Part shown: in pieces, positions 8,941 through 19,663 of the stretch | Layout: the number at the start of each line of letters is the position of its first letter | Position numbering within the stretch: position 1 is the stretch's first letter | Assembly (NCBI GenBank): GCA_963663385.2 | Contig: CAXXXD010000002.1 | Span: 1,760,001 to 1,824,000 of the forward strand | Reading direction: 5' to 3' | Length of the DNA stretch: 64,000 nucleotides | Source of the DNA: Oceanispirochaeta sp. | GTDB lineage: Bacteria > Spirochaetota > Spirochaetia > DSM-2461 | Position numbers and translations under genes: made by a program | The notes under the pieces: model-generated | Told to the model about the DNA's origin: nothing | Databases searched by the model: none | The model's input: the letters and a program-made list of their open reading frames with translations, nothing else

Positions 8941-10182
8941 ATGAAATTCATTGAAATAAACATGCCCTATGATAAAAGTCTGGAAAAACAATTCCGGTCC
9001 CTGGAGTTTTCTGTTCCCTCGGGAACAGATCAGATGGAGATTTCCTGGTCCGTTGAAGGGGCTGATCCCCGGAACAGTGTCGATCTGGCGATTGAAGACC
9101 CTTTCAGGTTCCGGGGATGGAGCGGATATTCATTCAGGGAAATCCTGCTGGATTCAATACGGGCAACACCGGGATATATACCGGGTCCTCTCCCTGAGGG
9201 ACTGTGGAGGTGCCGCCTGGGGTTCCCTAAAGTTTATTCATCGGGTGTTGTGACTGTGCGTATTAGTTTTCGCAGGGATGAGGAACAATGGTTTCCCGGG
9301 GATTTGCATCTGCATAGTATCCACAGCGGTGACGGTACCTACACGATACCCGAACTGCAGCACTATGCTGAGGAAAGAGGACTGGCCTTTCTGGCTCTGA
9401 CGGATCACAACGCCCAGACCCAGAATGACGATATTCCTCTCAGTTCCAAAGTCCTGATGATTCCTTCTGTGGAGTTAACCACTTATAAAGGACACAGCAA
9501 TTTCTGGAATCTGGATAAAAAACTGGAGCAGATGATCTGCGATAAGGTTCAGAATGTTTCCTCCTGTGTGCAGAAAGCGCGGGAAGAGGGGGCTGTCATC
9601 AGTATGAATCATCCCTTCGCACCGGACAGGTGGGACTGGGGATACGGCTTTCCTTTTGATGCGGTTGAGATATGGAACAGTCTCTGGACCGATTCGGACA
9701 GAAAGGCACTGGCCTGGTGGCATAATCAGCTGTGCCAGGGACGTATCCTCTGTGCTGTCGGAGGGAGCGACACCCATAATGTGGAGAAATCCAACCGTGA
9801 TTTCGGTTTGCCTGTCAACTGGATAAGGGCTGAGAGGCTGGAGAAGAATGCCCTGATGCAGGGAATCCGTTCCCGGCATGTGATTGTATCAGAATCCGTA
9901 AATGCCCCCCGGCCCGAACTGGAAATCGGAGAACTGTCTACCGGTGATAAGGGTCCTTTTACGGATGGCGAGGTACGAGTCAGGATTTTTCAGCCCGCTG
10001 CCGGCAGGCTTCTCCTTTTCTCTGATCAAGGTATGGAAAAGAGTTTTCCTCTAAGCGGATCTGATAAAAATCTTCTTTTTCCCGTAAACAGGGATCGTCA
10101 TTTCTACCGTGTAGAGATACGGAATAATGCCGATGAATTACTGGCGGCGGGAAATCCCATCCTGAACAGCAATTATATTTAA
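8941..10182 (+). CDS. CehA/McbA-family PHP-fold metallohydrolase
   Basis: GDLHLHSIHSGDG, ALTDHN, NHP, VEIWN, GGSDTH motifs. Start taken at MKFIEI; the ORF is open from 8878. Confidence 0.85.
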   Translation: MKFIEINMPYDKSLEKQFRSLEFSVPSGTDQMEISWSVEGADPRNSVDLAIEDPFRFRGWSGYSFREILLDSIRATPGYIPGPLPEGLWRCRLGFPKVYSSGVVTVRISFRRDEEQWFPGDLHLHSIHSGDGTYTIPELQHYAEERGLAFLALTDHNAQTQNDDIPLSSKVLMIPSVELTTYKGHSNFWNLDKKLEQMICDKVQNVSSCVQKAREEGAVISMNHPFAPDRWDWGYGFPFDAVEIWNSLWTDSDRKALAWWHNQLCQGRILCAVGGSDTHNVEKSNRDFGLPVNWIRAERLEKNALMQGIRSRHVIVSESVNAPRPELEIGELSTGDKGPFTDGEVRVRIFQPAAGRLLLFSDQGMEKSFPLSGSDKNLLFPVNRDRHFYRVEIRNNADELLAAGNPILNSNYI

Positions 10183-10191
10183 GGTGGTACT

Positions 10192-12525
10192 ATGGCAGGG
10201 AAATATCTGCAGGGTTTTCACTGGAATCTATTCAATAAACTGTTCTTTACCTATCTCCTGTTCCTGATTCTGCCTGTTATGGGGTTCTCATTTCTGTTTC
10301 AGGTGGTTGTTATGACTCATATGAAACGGGAAATCGAGGAAAACGACCGGCACAGCCTCACCCTGCTGGCCGGTAATTCGGAACATATACTCAAAAGGGC
10401 CTGGACAGATGCGGTAAGCCTTTCGATGGATCCCCGGCTGGATCAGCTGCTGCAGATGCAGGCCCATCTGAACAAAGGTACAAGCCTTGAAGATGAAGCG
10501 GATTACATGTCTGCTGTACTGGACATACTGGTTGTTCTTAAAACCATGAATGATACAGATGAACTTGTTCACTCCTTCTATATCTACAATGAAGAGACCG
10601 GGATGCTCCTGACCTCCCGGGGAGAACTGATGCCTGCTTCCGAGTACATCGATACGGAATGGCTTGACTATTACGAAGAAGATATGAATCAGATCTGTTT
10701 CATCCCTGCCCGTAAACCCATTGATAAAGGGATTCTGGAAGAGGAGGGGCAGTTCCTCGATGTGGCCAGGGATATTTATTCTCCTGTTATTACAATGCTG
10801 TTCCCCCTTGCCTACCATCCCTATCAATCGCTGAACGGTGCCGTAGTTATAAATCTTATGGAGCATAATCTTCTGGTTCAGCCCGAAAAGGGGGAAGGGG
10901 GGATCTATTTTCTTCTGGATCGGGAAGGCCGGCTCCTTTCAAAAGCGGCGGATAAAGAGGAACAACTCCTGATAGAAGAAAAAACAGCGGATATTCTGGC
11001 AGGAGGAGGGCGTCAGGGGGCATTGGATGTGGAACTGCGCGGGAAGCACTATATATTGTCCTATCAGATGTCGGGAGACAGCGGCCTGCTGTTTCTGAAA
11101 CTGACACCCCTGTCGGATTTTTTCGGTATTATCCGGAAACTTCAGTACCTGTTTCTGCTGATCACCCTGGCGGTTCTTGTAGTCGGTTCAATCCTGGCAT
11201 ACCGGTTTACCCGCAGATTCTATAGTCCCATACAGACAGCTTTGTCCGGGCTTAAACGCATAGCCGGAGAGGACAGAGACAAGCGGAGTACCGATGAGTT
11301 GAAGCAGATAAATCAGGCTGTGGAGTACATCCTGAGGCAGAACAGGGAAGTTCATCAATTGCTGGATAAAAACCGGTTGAACCTGAGAGAAGCGGCCGTT
11401 ATGGAATTTATCAGCGGAAATACGGAAAAGGGAAGGGATATTTTTCAGCTGAATACCGGGCTTTTTGTCTGTTTTGTTCTGACCATAGACGGGTACCGTG
11501 GTTTTTCAGAGCGATACTCCAACGGTGAACAGTATACAATCAGGAGTCTGCTGCTGCAGAAAGCGGAGGAATCTCTGCCAAACCGCGGCGGCGGAGGGGT
11601 GCTCTTGAGCAGTGACAAGATTGCTCTGGTGGTTCAGGTAGCCTCTGAGGAAGTTGCTGATGAACTCGCTTCGACTATTCTTGAATCCTGCGACATGGTC
11701 CCGGAAGTCAGTGTCGTACTCTCAAGGGGAGGGGTCTACGAGGGATGGGACTCTCTGCGCTGTTCTTTTCTGGAGGCACAGGAAAATCTCGTTTACAGAA
11801 TCTCCTTTACAAAAAAAGAGCGGTATTTTCATCCAATAGACATAAAGGCGTTTCAGGATATTCCCGATATGGAGACCCATATCCATAAAATTCTGAACCT
11901 GCTCAAAGGCGGGGACGAGGAGTCCCTCAAGGGTGCTGTCCTGAAGATGTTTTCATCCATGTATGATCAGAGGATATTGAGTTATGAGCAGGCACAGGGG
12001 TACCTGTCTCCCCTTGTAGCCGGTACAAACCGTTTTCTGAGGCAGTTGAATATTCCCGACTCCAGGGTTATGGACAAGTACCGTTCTTTATACGAACTGA
12101 TTTCGGGTCAGGAAACCCGTGAGGAGCTGGAAGGGGCGATCACCTCATATTATGAAAGGGCTGTTCAACTGGTCAGGGATCAGTTGAGAGACAGCTCTAC
12201 AGTTCAGCAGCTGCTGGACTATATCCGGCAGAATTCCCGTGACCCGAATCTGGATCTCACCAGTCTTTCCGATGCGTTTGATCTCAGCTACTCCCATACC
12301 AGAAAACTGATCAAGGATGAATCGGGATTGTCCTTTGTGGATTTTCTGAATCGGATTCGAATTGATGAGGCCAGGATACTCCTCAAGGAGAGCAAAGACA
12401 ATCTGAAAGTGATTGCGGCGAAGGTAGGGTATCACAATGATCAGAGTTTTTCCCGGTTTTTTAAAAAGTATGAGGGTATATCGCCCGGTGAGTTCCGGCG
12501 GTATCAGCCAAAGGGCAAGGCTTGA
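10192..12525 (+). CDS. Membrane-anchored sensor-domain AraC-family transcriptional regulator
   Basis: Two TM segments flanking an extracytoplasmic domain; C-terminal AraC HTH (IAAKVGYHNDQSFSRFFKKYEGISPGEFR); divergent from the ABC operon. Confidence 0.88.
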   Translation: MAGKYLQGFHWNLFNKLFFTYLLFLILPVMGFSFLFQVVVMTHMKREIEENDRHSLTLLAGNSEHILKRAWTDAVSLSMDPRLDQLLQMQAHLNKGTSLEDEADYMSAVLDILVVLKTMNDTDELVHSFYIYNEETGMLLTSRGELMPASEYIDTEWLDYYEEDMNQICFIPARKPIDKGILEEEGQFLDVARDIYSPVITMLFPLAYHPYQSLNGAVVINLMEHNLLVQPEKGEGGIYFLLDREGRLLSKAADKEEQLLIEEKTADILAGGGRQGALDVELRGKHYILSYQMSGDSGLLFLKLTPLSDFFGIIRKLQYLFLLITLAVLVVGSILAYRFTRRFYSPIQTALSGLKRIAGEDRDKRSTDELKQINQAVEYILRQNREVHQLLDKNRLNLREAAVMEFISGNTEKGRDIFQLNTGLFVCFVLTIDGYRGFSERYSNGEQYTIRSLLLQKAEESLPNRGGGGVLLSSDKIALVVQVASEEVADELASTILESCDMVPEVSVVLSRGGVYEGWDSLRCSFLEAQENLVYRISFTKKERYFHPIDIKAFQDIPDMETHIHKILNLLKGGDEESLKGAVLKMFSSMYDQRILSYEQAQGYLSPLVAGTNRFLRQLNIPDSRVMDKYRSLYELISGQETREELEGAITSYYERAVQLVRDQLRDSSTVQQLLDYIRQNSRDPNLDLTSLSDAFDLSYSHTRKLIKDESGLSFVDFLNRIRIDEARILLKESKDNLKVIAAKVGYHNDQSFSRFFKKYEGISPGEFRRYQPKGKA

Positions 12526-12651
12526 AAAGAGCAATATGAAAAAGTAAAACCCTGCTTTCTGTCCGGGCATCCATTCTTCAGGCGTATCAGATCCCAATCT
12601 GTTATCGATATAATTTGACCAGCCAGTATAAATATCCAATAATATAGAATT

Positions 12652-14541
12652 ATGAAGGTTGGTGAAAAAAACGGAACCAGGAACCGTATAGATCAATATC
12701 TATCCGCAGAATATGATCCTGAGCTACATAATATAAAAAAGCGGGTTCTGTTATATTTCAGCTGTTTCATGATTACGGTTTATGCTTTTTCTTTTATTAT
12801 CTCCCTTAAAGGAATAGCAGGATTAAGGTCCGGATACTGGTATTACGCATCATTGGTTCGAGTCATTATTCTGGTCATTACCGCTTACTCTCTTGTCTTT
12901 GTTTATAAAGACAAACTGGAAGATTCTGTCAATACACTGATTACCGCTCAGATACTGGCTGCTTTTAATTCTGCCGTATTCGGGAATACCCTGCGGGATT
13001 CATTATCCTATTTTGGAATCATTGTTTCTTTTGTTTTTGCCATTCAGATTATCAATCTTTTTAAAGAGAGCATAATATCACGTATATTTCTTAATTCGTT
13101 TCTTTTCTTGAGTTCAATTACAGTAGGTGTATGGTACCTTATAGGATTGACCGGTTCAGAAAGAGATAAGTTGGTTGTAACTCTCTATATTGTAATAATA
13201 ATGATGCTTGTAATCAGTGTCTCCAGCATTTTAAGTTCAGTAATCAAAACTTATATGGAAAGAGTGATTATAAAGAAAACCCTGTATGACTCTATCACAG
13301 GGCTTCCTAATGAAATAATGCTGGAAAGAGAATTATCTCAACTTCTGGAGAATGTTCACAAACAGGAAAAAAAACTTGCTGTCTTTGGAGTTTACCTTAA
13401 TAAACTGGAACGGATTAATCATAAATACGGCCATCAAACAGGAGATTCGGTATTAAGGGATATTGCCCATAGGGCTGAGCAGCTGAAAGACTATAAAATA
13501 TACCGTTTAAAAGGGGCGTTATTTGTTTTAATTCCGCAATTTGACTGGAATCCTGCCCTTTCAAACCAGTGCAGAAAACAATTATGCCGTTTTGTCAATA
13601 ACCCGGTTCTGATAAAAAATGATCCGCAGGAGTTGAATCTTTTCCTTGTCGGTACGGAATGTCCTAACGATGGCAGAAGCGCACAAAGGCTGCTTTCCAA
13701 TCTCTATAATATTATTTCAAGACAGAACGGCAGGTTTAAAACAAATGATATTGAATGGTTTGATCATGACTCATATCTATTGACTAAACGGCAGTATGTT
13801 ATAGAAGAAGGGTTGAGAAAGATGATAACGAAAAAAGAATTTTCCTTATTGATTCAACCCAAATACAAGTTAAACGATTCTTTGCATGGTGGCGAATTTC
13901 TGGCCAGGTGGCATCATCCGGAACTTGGAACAATATCTCCACTGGATTTTATTCCCCTGTTGGAAGAAAACGGTTTAATGGTGGATTTTACACAGGCCAT
14001 TTCTGAGGATATTGTCAGCTATATTCAACATAATAAAAAAAAGCTGTCTTCTGATCTTGTTATTGCTGTAAATATAAATGCAACTTCAATCCAGAATAAA
14101 AGTTTTGTTGCTGAATTAATAGAAATCGCTGGAAAAATAACGCCTCTGACTCTTGAGATAGAACTGACTGAAGATGTTTTTTTAATGATAGATCCTCTGC
14201 TGCTGTCGCATTTGGATCGAATGAAAGAGCACAATATTCGTATAGCTCTGGATGATTTTGGAACCGGTTTTTCCAATATGAGTTATCTGCAGGATTTAAA
14301 TGTAGATACGATTAAAATAGATAAAAGATTCATCACACCCCTGTCAGAAGAAGGAGCATCGAAGGGCATCGTAAGAGCCCTTATTGATATGGCTCACTCT
14401 TTTAATATTGATGTTGTAGCTGAAGGTGTGGAAGATGATTATCAAAAACAAATTTTAGAGGAACTGGGTTGTGATATTATTCAAGGCTTTTTGTACTCAA
14501 AGCCTGTTGAATTTGATTCTTTCCTCACATTGATCAAGTAG
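12652..14541 (+). CDS. Membrane GGDEF(degenerate)-EAL c-di-GMP phosphodiesterase
   Basis: N-terminal TMs; DSITGLPN; GGDEF site reads RLKGALF; EAL domain EFLARW, IELTE, ALDDFGTGFS, KID, VAEGVE, QGF. Visibly AT-rich. Confidence 0.9.
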   Translation: MKVGEKNGTRNRIDQYLSAEYDPELHNIKKRVLLYFSCFMITVYAFSFIISLKGIAGLRSGYWYYASLVRVIILVITAYSLVFVYKDKLEDSVNTLITAQILAAFNSAVFGNTLRDSLSYFGIIVSFVFAIQIINLFKESIISRIFLNSFLFLSSITVGVWYLIGLTGSERDKLVVTLYIVIIMMLVISVSSILSSVIKTYMERVIIKKTLYDSITGLPNEIMLERELSQLLENVHKQEKKLAVFGVYLNKLERINHKYGHQTGDSVLRDIAHRAEQLKDYKIYRLKGALFVLIPQFDWNPALSNQCRKQLCRFVNNPVLIKNDPQELNLFLVGTECPNDGRSAQRLLSNLYNIISRQNGRFKTNDIEWFDHDSYLLTKRQYVIEEGLRKMITKKEFSLLIQPKYKLNDSLHGGEFLARWHHPELGTISPLDFIPLLEENGLMVDFTQAISEDIVSYIQHNKKKLSSDLVIAVNINATSIQNKSFVAELIEIAGKITPLTLEIELTEDVFLMIDPLLLSHLDRMKEHNIRIALDDFGTGFSNMSYLQDLNVDTIKIDKRFITPLSEEGASKGIVRALIDMAHSFNIDVVAEGVEDDYQKQILEELGCDIIQGFLYSKPVEFDSFLTLIK

Positions 14542-14560
14542 TTTCCAATATATTCACTAC

Positions 14561-14602
14561 AGGGCATTTTCAGGAGCAGTGAATCTGCTCCCGAAGTACC
14601 CT
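14561..14602. terminator. Hairpin between convergent genes
   Basis: GGAGCAG-tgaat-CTGCTCC core with extended imperfect stem. Confidence 0.5.
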
Positions 14603-14641
14603 TTGCTTATGAACCTGTAAAGATGGAGTTTAAAGAAATAC

Positions 14642-15667
14642 TTACTCCGGTATCCCGATAACCTTCCACTCACCCTGCAGATATTTCACCATAAAAACCA
14701 GAGCCTGTTCATCCATAAATCCTGATTTTCCGGGTTTCAGCTCCGATCCCAGAAAAAGGTAGCAATTACCATCGGGATTCCAGCTGCGCTCTGTATCGGC
14801 CCATTCGGGGAACAGGGCAATGTACTCATCGTGTGTATAAATGTGTGTCCGGTAATTGTTTTTATAGTCTCTGATGGAGTAGGTACTCAGATCAGCCGCC
14901 GGGGGGGCAATCCTGTATTTGGATTCACTCAGTCCTGTTGAGAGTATTCTTATCTGATCGTTAAGGGATTTATAGAATCCGGGAAGGTTGCCTTCAATCG
15001 TATATTCCAGAAACTGAAGGGAGAAAGCCAATGCCTGCTCCTTTGTTTTTCCGTCACTTTCAACCTCTGCGGTTGTCCGTGCCGGATCAGGACTCATAAA
15101 AGCAGTAGGGGAGGATAGGGCCATGCGGAATTCCGGCGTTTTTTCACCAGTTTCCATGGAGCCGTCCATAAAGTCCCATGCCTCCAGTTCTATCTTGTAT
15201 ACTTTCCCCGGAGAAGAACTGCGGGGAGGGGCAATCAGCCTGACCGACAGTGTGGCATTTTTATTTAAAAGAGATCCGTCTGCCGAAAAGGGGATAAACC
15301 AGTTGCTGTTCTTCTCCTGCCAGCGGGAACCCATTTCTGTCCAGGGGAGGGTAAAAACGGGGTTGTTCTGATTGTTCTGGCGCAGTTTGATCTGAAGGGT
15401 ACTCTGCCCCTGAGAGGATTCATCAATATAGGTTGATTTAATCCGCCATTTCCTTAATGTCCCCGGAGCCGGGTAGCTTATACTGCCTATCTCCTCCGAG
15501 AAGACCTGGCCTATATCCGTCCACCCTCCATCGCTGTTAATAAAAACAGGCCGGTAGTTCTGGCTGTCGTAGAGAGTGAAACTGCCGCTGAGGGTTCCAT
15601 TTTCCTCCTGGGCAAAGAGAAAAAAGGAAAGACTGGTCAAAACTACTGCAAGAATGATTTTTTTCAA
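14642..15667 (-). CDS. Secreted hypothetical protein
   Basis: TTG start with GGAGG RBS gives signal peptide KKIILAVVLTSLSFFLFAQE; no recognised domain. Confidence 0.7.
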   Translation of the reverse strand: MKKIILAVVLTSLSFFLFAQEENGTLSGSFTLYDSQNYRPVFINSDGGWTDIGQVFSEEIGSISYPAPGTLRKWRIKSTYIDESSQGQSTLQIKLRQNNQNNPVFTLPWTEMGSRWQEKNSNWFIPFSADGSLLNKNATLSVRLIAPPRSSSPGKVYKIELEAWDFMDGSMETGEKTPEFRMALSSPTAFMSPDPARTTAEVESDGKTKEQALAFSLQFLEYTIEGNLPGFYKSLNDQIRILSTGLSESKYRIAPPAADLSTYSIRDYKNNYRTHIYTHDEYIALFPEWADTERSWNPDGNCYLFLGSELKPGKSGFMDEQALVFMVKYLQGEWKVIGIPE

Positions 15668-15826
15668 GTTAATTTGCCTCCCATTATAACAGTCTGACAC
15701 TCTATTCTCGGCATAATTGACAGGAAGCTCAAGGGAAACCAGAGGAAAAAAAAGAAGCCGCTCTACAGGCCTGAATCCATAGAGCGGCTTCAATTGAGAT
15801 AGAAACCGTTAAACTATTCTAATATT

Positions 15827-15858
15827 GGCTTGTCCCTGCTCCATGGAAAGGGCAAGCC
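15827..15858 (-). terminator. Hairpin downstream of ilvN
   Basis: GGCTTGTCC...GGGCAAGCC inverted repeat. Confidence 0.45.
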
Positions 15859-15877
15859 GTTAACCGAAAGATACAAA

Positions 15878-16384
15878 TTACCAGGAAGTCTCTTCCTCTC
15901 CTCTGGCAATCAGAACTTTTCCGGTTCTAACCACTTCCAGAATGCCGAATTTATCCAGCATTTTTCTTACCGCGTCAATCTTCGATGAGCTGCCGGTTAC
16001 CTGAAATGTCATGGTTGTATCACTGATATCCACATTTCGGCATTTGAAGGCATCCGCTATCTGCAGAATCTCGGTGCGGGATTCACTGTCACAGTGCACC
16101 TTAATCAGAGCCAGTTCCTTCTGGATAACATCCTCGTCGGAGTACTCTCTGGCATGGATGACATCAACCAGTCTGTTAAGCTGTTCCAGCATCAGGTGCA
16201 GGGTCCGGGAATCTCCCGTTGCCTCGATGTTTATGCGGGAATAGCGCGGGTCCTGAGAGTGTGAGCCGACAAAACTTTCAATATTGTAGCCTCTGCGGGC
16301 AAATACCAGGGCGATCCGGATGGTAACGCCTGGTTTGTTCTCCACATAAAGGCTGATGTTGTGTTTTCCCTGTACTTGATTCAT
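15878..16384 (-). CDS. ilvN: Acetolactate synthase small (regulatory) subunit
   Basis: ACT domain ISLYVENKPGV..RIALVFARRGYNIES; C-terminal EVVRTG. Confidence 0.95.
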   Translation of the reverse strand: MNQVQGKHNISLYVENKPGVTIRIALVFARRGYNIESFVGSHSQDPRYSRINIEATGDSRTLHLMLEQLNRLVDVIHAREYSDEDVIQKELALIKVHCDSESRTEILQIADAFKCRNVDISDTTMTFQVTGSSSKIDAVRKMLDKFGILEVVRTGKVLIARGEEETSW

Positions 16385-18099
16385 CAGGTTCCTCCCGTCG
16401 GTTTTTCAAGTTTTCTTCGGGGCATGGACAGAAGCATTTTATCCAGAGTAGCTCCGGCCGGAACCATGGGGAATACATTGTCATGCTGTTCTACTTCCGC
16501 ATCAATAATGCAGGGACCGTCATTATAGGCAAGGGCGGCATTCAGAACTTTCCGGACATCTGCGCTCCGCTTTACACGAAACCCTTTCATGCCGTAGGCA
16601 CTGGCCAGTTTGACAAAATCCGGATTCCCTTCCAAATCTACTCCTGAAAGCCTGTTTTCATAGAACATATGCTGCCACTGACGAACCATACCAAGATAAT
16701 TGTTGTTGATAAGAAGTATCTTCAAGGGAAGTTTCTCATTGACTGCCGTAGACAGTTCAGGGAGTGTCATCTGGAACCCGCCGTCACCTACAACTGCCAC
16801 AACCGTCTTTCCCGGGTTGGCCAGCTGAGCGCCAATTGCTGCGGGGAAACCGAATCCCATGGTACCGGCGCCGCCTGAGGAGATCCAGTGACGGCTTTTC
16901 TCTGTTTTAAAAAACTGGGCGGCCCACATCTGATGCTGTCCAACGTCGGTAGTTACAATAGCATCACCGCCTGTCAGTTTATACATTTCCTCGATTACAT
17001 GCTGGGCCCGGAGTTTCCCTTCTTTTTTGTACTTGAGGGGATACTCTCTTTTCAGCCTTTTTATCTGCTTTACCCATCTCTGGGTATTGCCCTTTTTCAG
17101 GTAGCCATAGAGGGACTCCAATACAGTTTTTGCATCGCCCACAACAGAGCAGTCCACCTGAACTGTTTTGTTGATTTCCACCGGATCTATATCGATATGT
17201 ATTTTTCTGGCCTGTGGACAGAACTGTTCGGGATTTCCCGCGATTCTGTCATCCCATCGGGAGCCAACGGATACAATAAGATCACATTCGCACAGAGCCA
17301 TATTCGAGTATGCGGTTCCATGCATGCCGGGCATGCCGAGATTCAGTTCGTGGCTCTCGGGGAAACAACCTTTGCCAAGCATGGTATTAACAACGGGGAT
17401 CTGCATTTTTTCCACTACAGCACGTACTTCCTTCGATGCTCCCGAGATGACAGCCCCGTGTCCGATCAGCAGGAGAGGCCGCTGGGCTTCCGAGATCATG
17501 GCTGCCGCTTCTTTTACATGATCCTGATTAATCTCCTTCACAGGATTATAGCCGGGCAGCGAAAACTCTCCCGATGTATCTTCCGGAATCAAAGCGCTGG
17601 TTATGTTTTTTGGCAGGTCTACAATAACCGGTCCTGGTCTGCCTGTACTGGCGATGTAAAAAGCCTGGTTGATAATGGAAGGCAGTTCTTCCGCATCGTT
17701 AACCAGAAAAGAGTGTTTTACGATAGGATAGGACATTCCTGAAACATCCGCTTCCTGGAAGGTATCCAAGCCCAGGTTGGTCGTTAACTGTTGTCCGCAA
17801 AATACAACAATGGGGACAGAATCCATCATGGCTGTCATTACACCTGTCAGGGTGTTGGTCGCTCCGGGTCCGGACGTAACAACTACAACTCCCGGTTTTC
17901 CCGTAGAACGGGCATAGCCGTCGGCCATATGCGTTGCGCCCTGCTCATGTCTGGTTAATACAAGCTTCATGGAAGATTGAGCCAACGCATCATAGATGGG
18001 GATGGCGCTTCCTCCGGGTAAGCCGAATATGCATTCAACTCCCTGATCCTGCAGTATTTCAATCATTTTTGCGGCGGCAGTACATTGTTTTTTGTTCAT
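16384..18099 (-). CDS. ilvB: Acetolactate synthase large subunit
   Basis: FGLPGG, TRHEQGATHMADGYAR, DVGQHQMWAAQ, TPP motif GDGGFQM...NNNYLGMVRQWQ; start with GGAGG RBS. Confidence 0.96.
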   Translation of the reverse strand: MNKKQCTAAAKMIEILQDQGVECIFGLPGGSAIPIYDALAQSSMKLVLTRHEQGATHMADGYARSTGKPGVVVVTSGPGATNTLTGVMTAMMDSVPIVVFCGQQLTTNLGLDTFQEADVSGMSYPIVKHSFLVNDAEELPSIINQAFYIASTGRPGPVIVDLPKNITSALIPEDTSGEFSLPGYNPVKEINQDHVKEAAAMISEAQRPLLLIGHGAVISGASKEVRAVVEKMQIPVVNTMLGKGCFPESHELNLGMPGMHGTAYSNMALCECDLIVSVGSRWDDRIAGNPEQFCPQARKIHIDIDPVEINKTVQVDCSVVGDAKTVLESLYGYLKKGNTQRWVKQIKRLKREYPLKYKKEGKLRAQHVIEEMYKLTGGDAIVTTDVGQHQMWAAQFFKTEKSRHWISSGGAGTMGFGFPAAIGAQLANPGKTVVAVVGDGGFQMTLPELSTAVNEKLPLKILLINNNYLGMVRQWQHMFYENRLSGVDLEGNPDFVKLASAYGMKGFRVKRSADVRKVLNAALAYNDGPCIIDAEVEQHDNVFPMVPAGATLDKMLLSMPRRKLEKPTGGT

Positions 18100-18231
18100 G
18101 ATGCCTCCAAGATATATTGGTTCTTTCATATTAGTTTATATTTTTTTAGGGGTCAATAAGTATGGAACTTGATTTTTTGAGTATTAATGGTTGATTTTTG
18201 CTTGATGATACAGCTTTGACTATGTTTTTGT

Positions 18232-19539
18232 TTATTTTGCAGTCAAATTTAATGTATTAATTATATCTTTATGCAAATCGTTTTTCATTTCTTCGGTAAT
18301 TTTCATGAAATCAGAAGGCTCTTCCCGGTATAAACCTCTTTCGATCTTGGTGGATATTATGCGAATAAGAGAACTGTTAAGTCTTTCTTCACTGATAATC
18401 CCATTTAAAAAGGCTTCTTTAAGGGATTTTTGTGCTTCCGGTATATTGGCAGGCATTAATATTATATCCGATCCTGCAAGAAATGCGTTCAGGGCGGCTT
18501 CCCCGGGCGTCCAGTACCTGGTTACGGCTCCCATATCCATAGCGTCAGTAATGATAAGTCCTTTAAATCCCAGAGTGTTGCGAAGCAGTTCTGTTTGTAT
18601 CCTGTAGGACATGGAAGCGGGCATATCATTTCCGGTAAGGGCAGGGGCCTGTATATGTGCGGTCATTATAAAATCGACACCGGCCTCAATTCCACTGTAA
18701 AAAGGCAGAAAATCTACCGTTTCGAACTCCTCCCTGTCTGCTCTGGCCTTAACCATGCCATTGTGAGTATCTCCGTTCACATAGCCGTGACCCGGGAAGT
18801 GTTTAAGAACACTGGAAATCCGGTTTTCCTGATAACCCCTGACAGAAGCGGCGACCATCCTGGCTGCTGTTTCCGGGTCCGAACTGAAGGACCGGTTTCC
18901 GATAACATCCGGAGAGACATGGCGGGTAACATCCGCCACAGGGGCCATATTCATATTGAACCCCAAATCCCTCAGATCGGTTGCCAGAACCGCAGATGCT
19001 TTTCTGACAAGTTCCGGATCGCCTCTCCTGCCGAGTTCTTCTGCTGGGGGCAGGGATATGACATTCATGTTCTTCTGTTTTCCCAGGCGGGAAACCTTTC
19101 CCCCCTCTTCATCGGTTGTTATAAAAAGGGGCGTTCCAGTATATTCGTTTAATCCGGCAATCAACTCCCGAGTCTGCTGGGGGGTCTTGAAATTCAGACT
19201 GAAGAGGATTATCCCTCCGGGTTTGTATTTATCAAGGAACTCCTGCAGGTACTCATCCATTTCAAGTGCAGGTTTTCCGTAAGCCGTATGCCGCATGGCC
19301 AGAATAAAAAGCTGGCCGATTTTTTCATCCAGAGTCATTTTGGAAAGGATTTTTCGGGAATCCTGAAGGATTCGTTCTTCCGGGGGCGTTTCATCCTGAT
19401 GGATTGCGGCGGGAACTGCCTGATTCTCTTTTGATTCGTGCTTAAGGCCGCCAGGTACTGCATCGTACCGATTCTCAACGGTACGGCAGGATGACAGGAT
19501 AAAAAGGGATATAAGCAGGAAAGTCAGAATTTTCTTCAA
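18232..19539 (-). CDS. Glycoside hydrolase family 3 (NagZ-like beta-N-acetylhexosaminidase) lipoprotein
   Basis: Lipobox LSSC; DEEGGKVSRL, KHFPGHG..GDTH, ITDAMDM. Confidence 0.88.
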   Translation of the reverse strand: MKKILTFLLISLFILSSCRTVENRYDAVPGGLKHESKENQAVPAAIHQDETPPEERILQDSRKILSKMTLDEKIGQLFILAMRHTAYGKPALEMDEYLQEFLDKYKPGGIILFSLNFKTPQQTRELIAGLNEYTGTPLFITTDEEGGKVSRLGKQKNMNVISLPPAEELGRRGDPELVRKASAVLATDLRDLGFNMNMAPVADVTRHVSPDVIGNRSFSSDPETAARMVAASVRGYQENRISSVLKHFPGHGYVNGDTHNGMVKARADREEFETVDFLPFYSGIEAGVDFIMTAHIQAPALTGNDMPASMSYRIQTELLRNTLGFKGLIITDAMDMGAVTRYWTPGEAALNAFLAGSDIILMPANIPEAQKSLKEAFLNGIISEERLNSSLIRIISTKIERGLYREEPSDFMKITEEMKNDLHKDIINTLNLTAK

Positions 19540-19663
19540 TTATCGCTCCGGGAAACCGACCGGTCAGTCGAACGGTCTTGCTATTTTTAAAGAATTGTAC
19601 CATTTTTATTTCTACTGCCCCTTTCAAATTTTATCAAGAGGCAGGATAGGAGCTATATATATA

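Noticed and set aside
18100..18231. Attenuator or T-box upstream of ilvB (also checked upstream of gltX and tyrS)
   Set aside because: No leader peptide, T-box motif or terminator/antiterminator pair recognised
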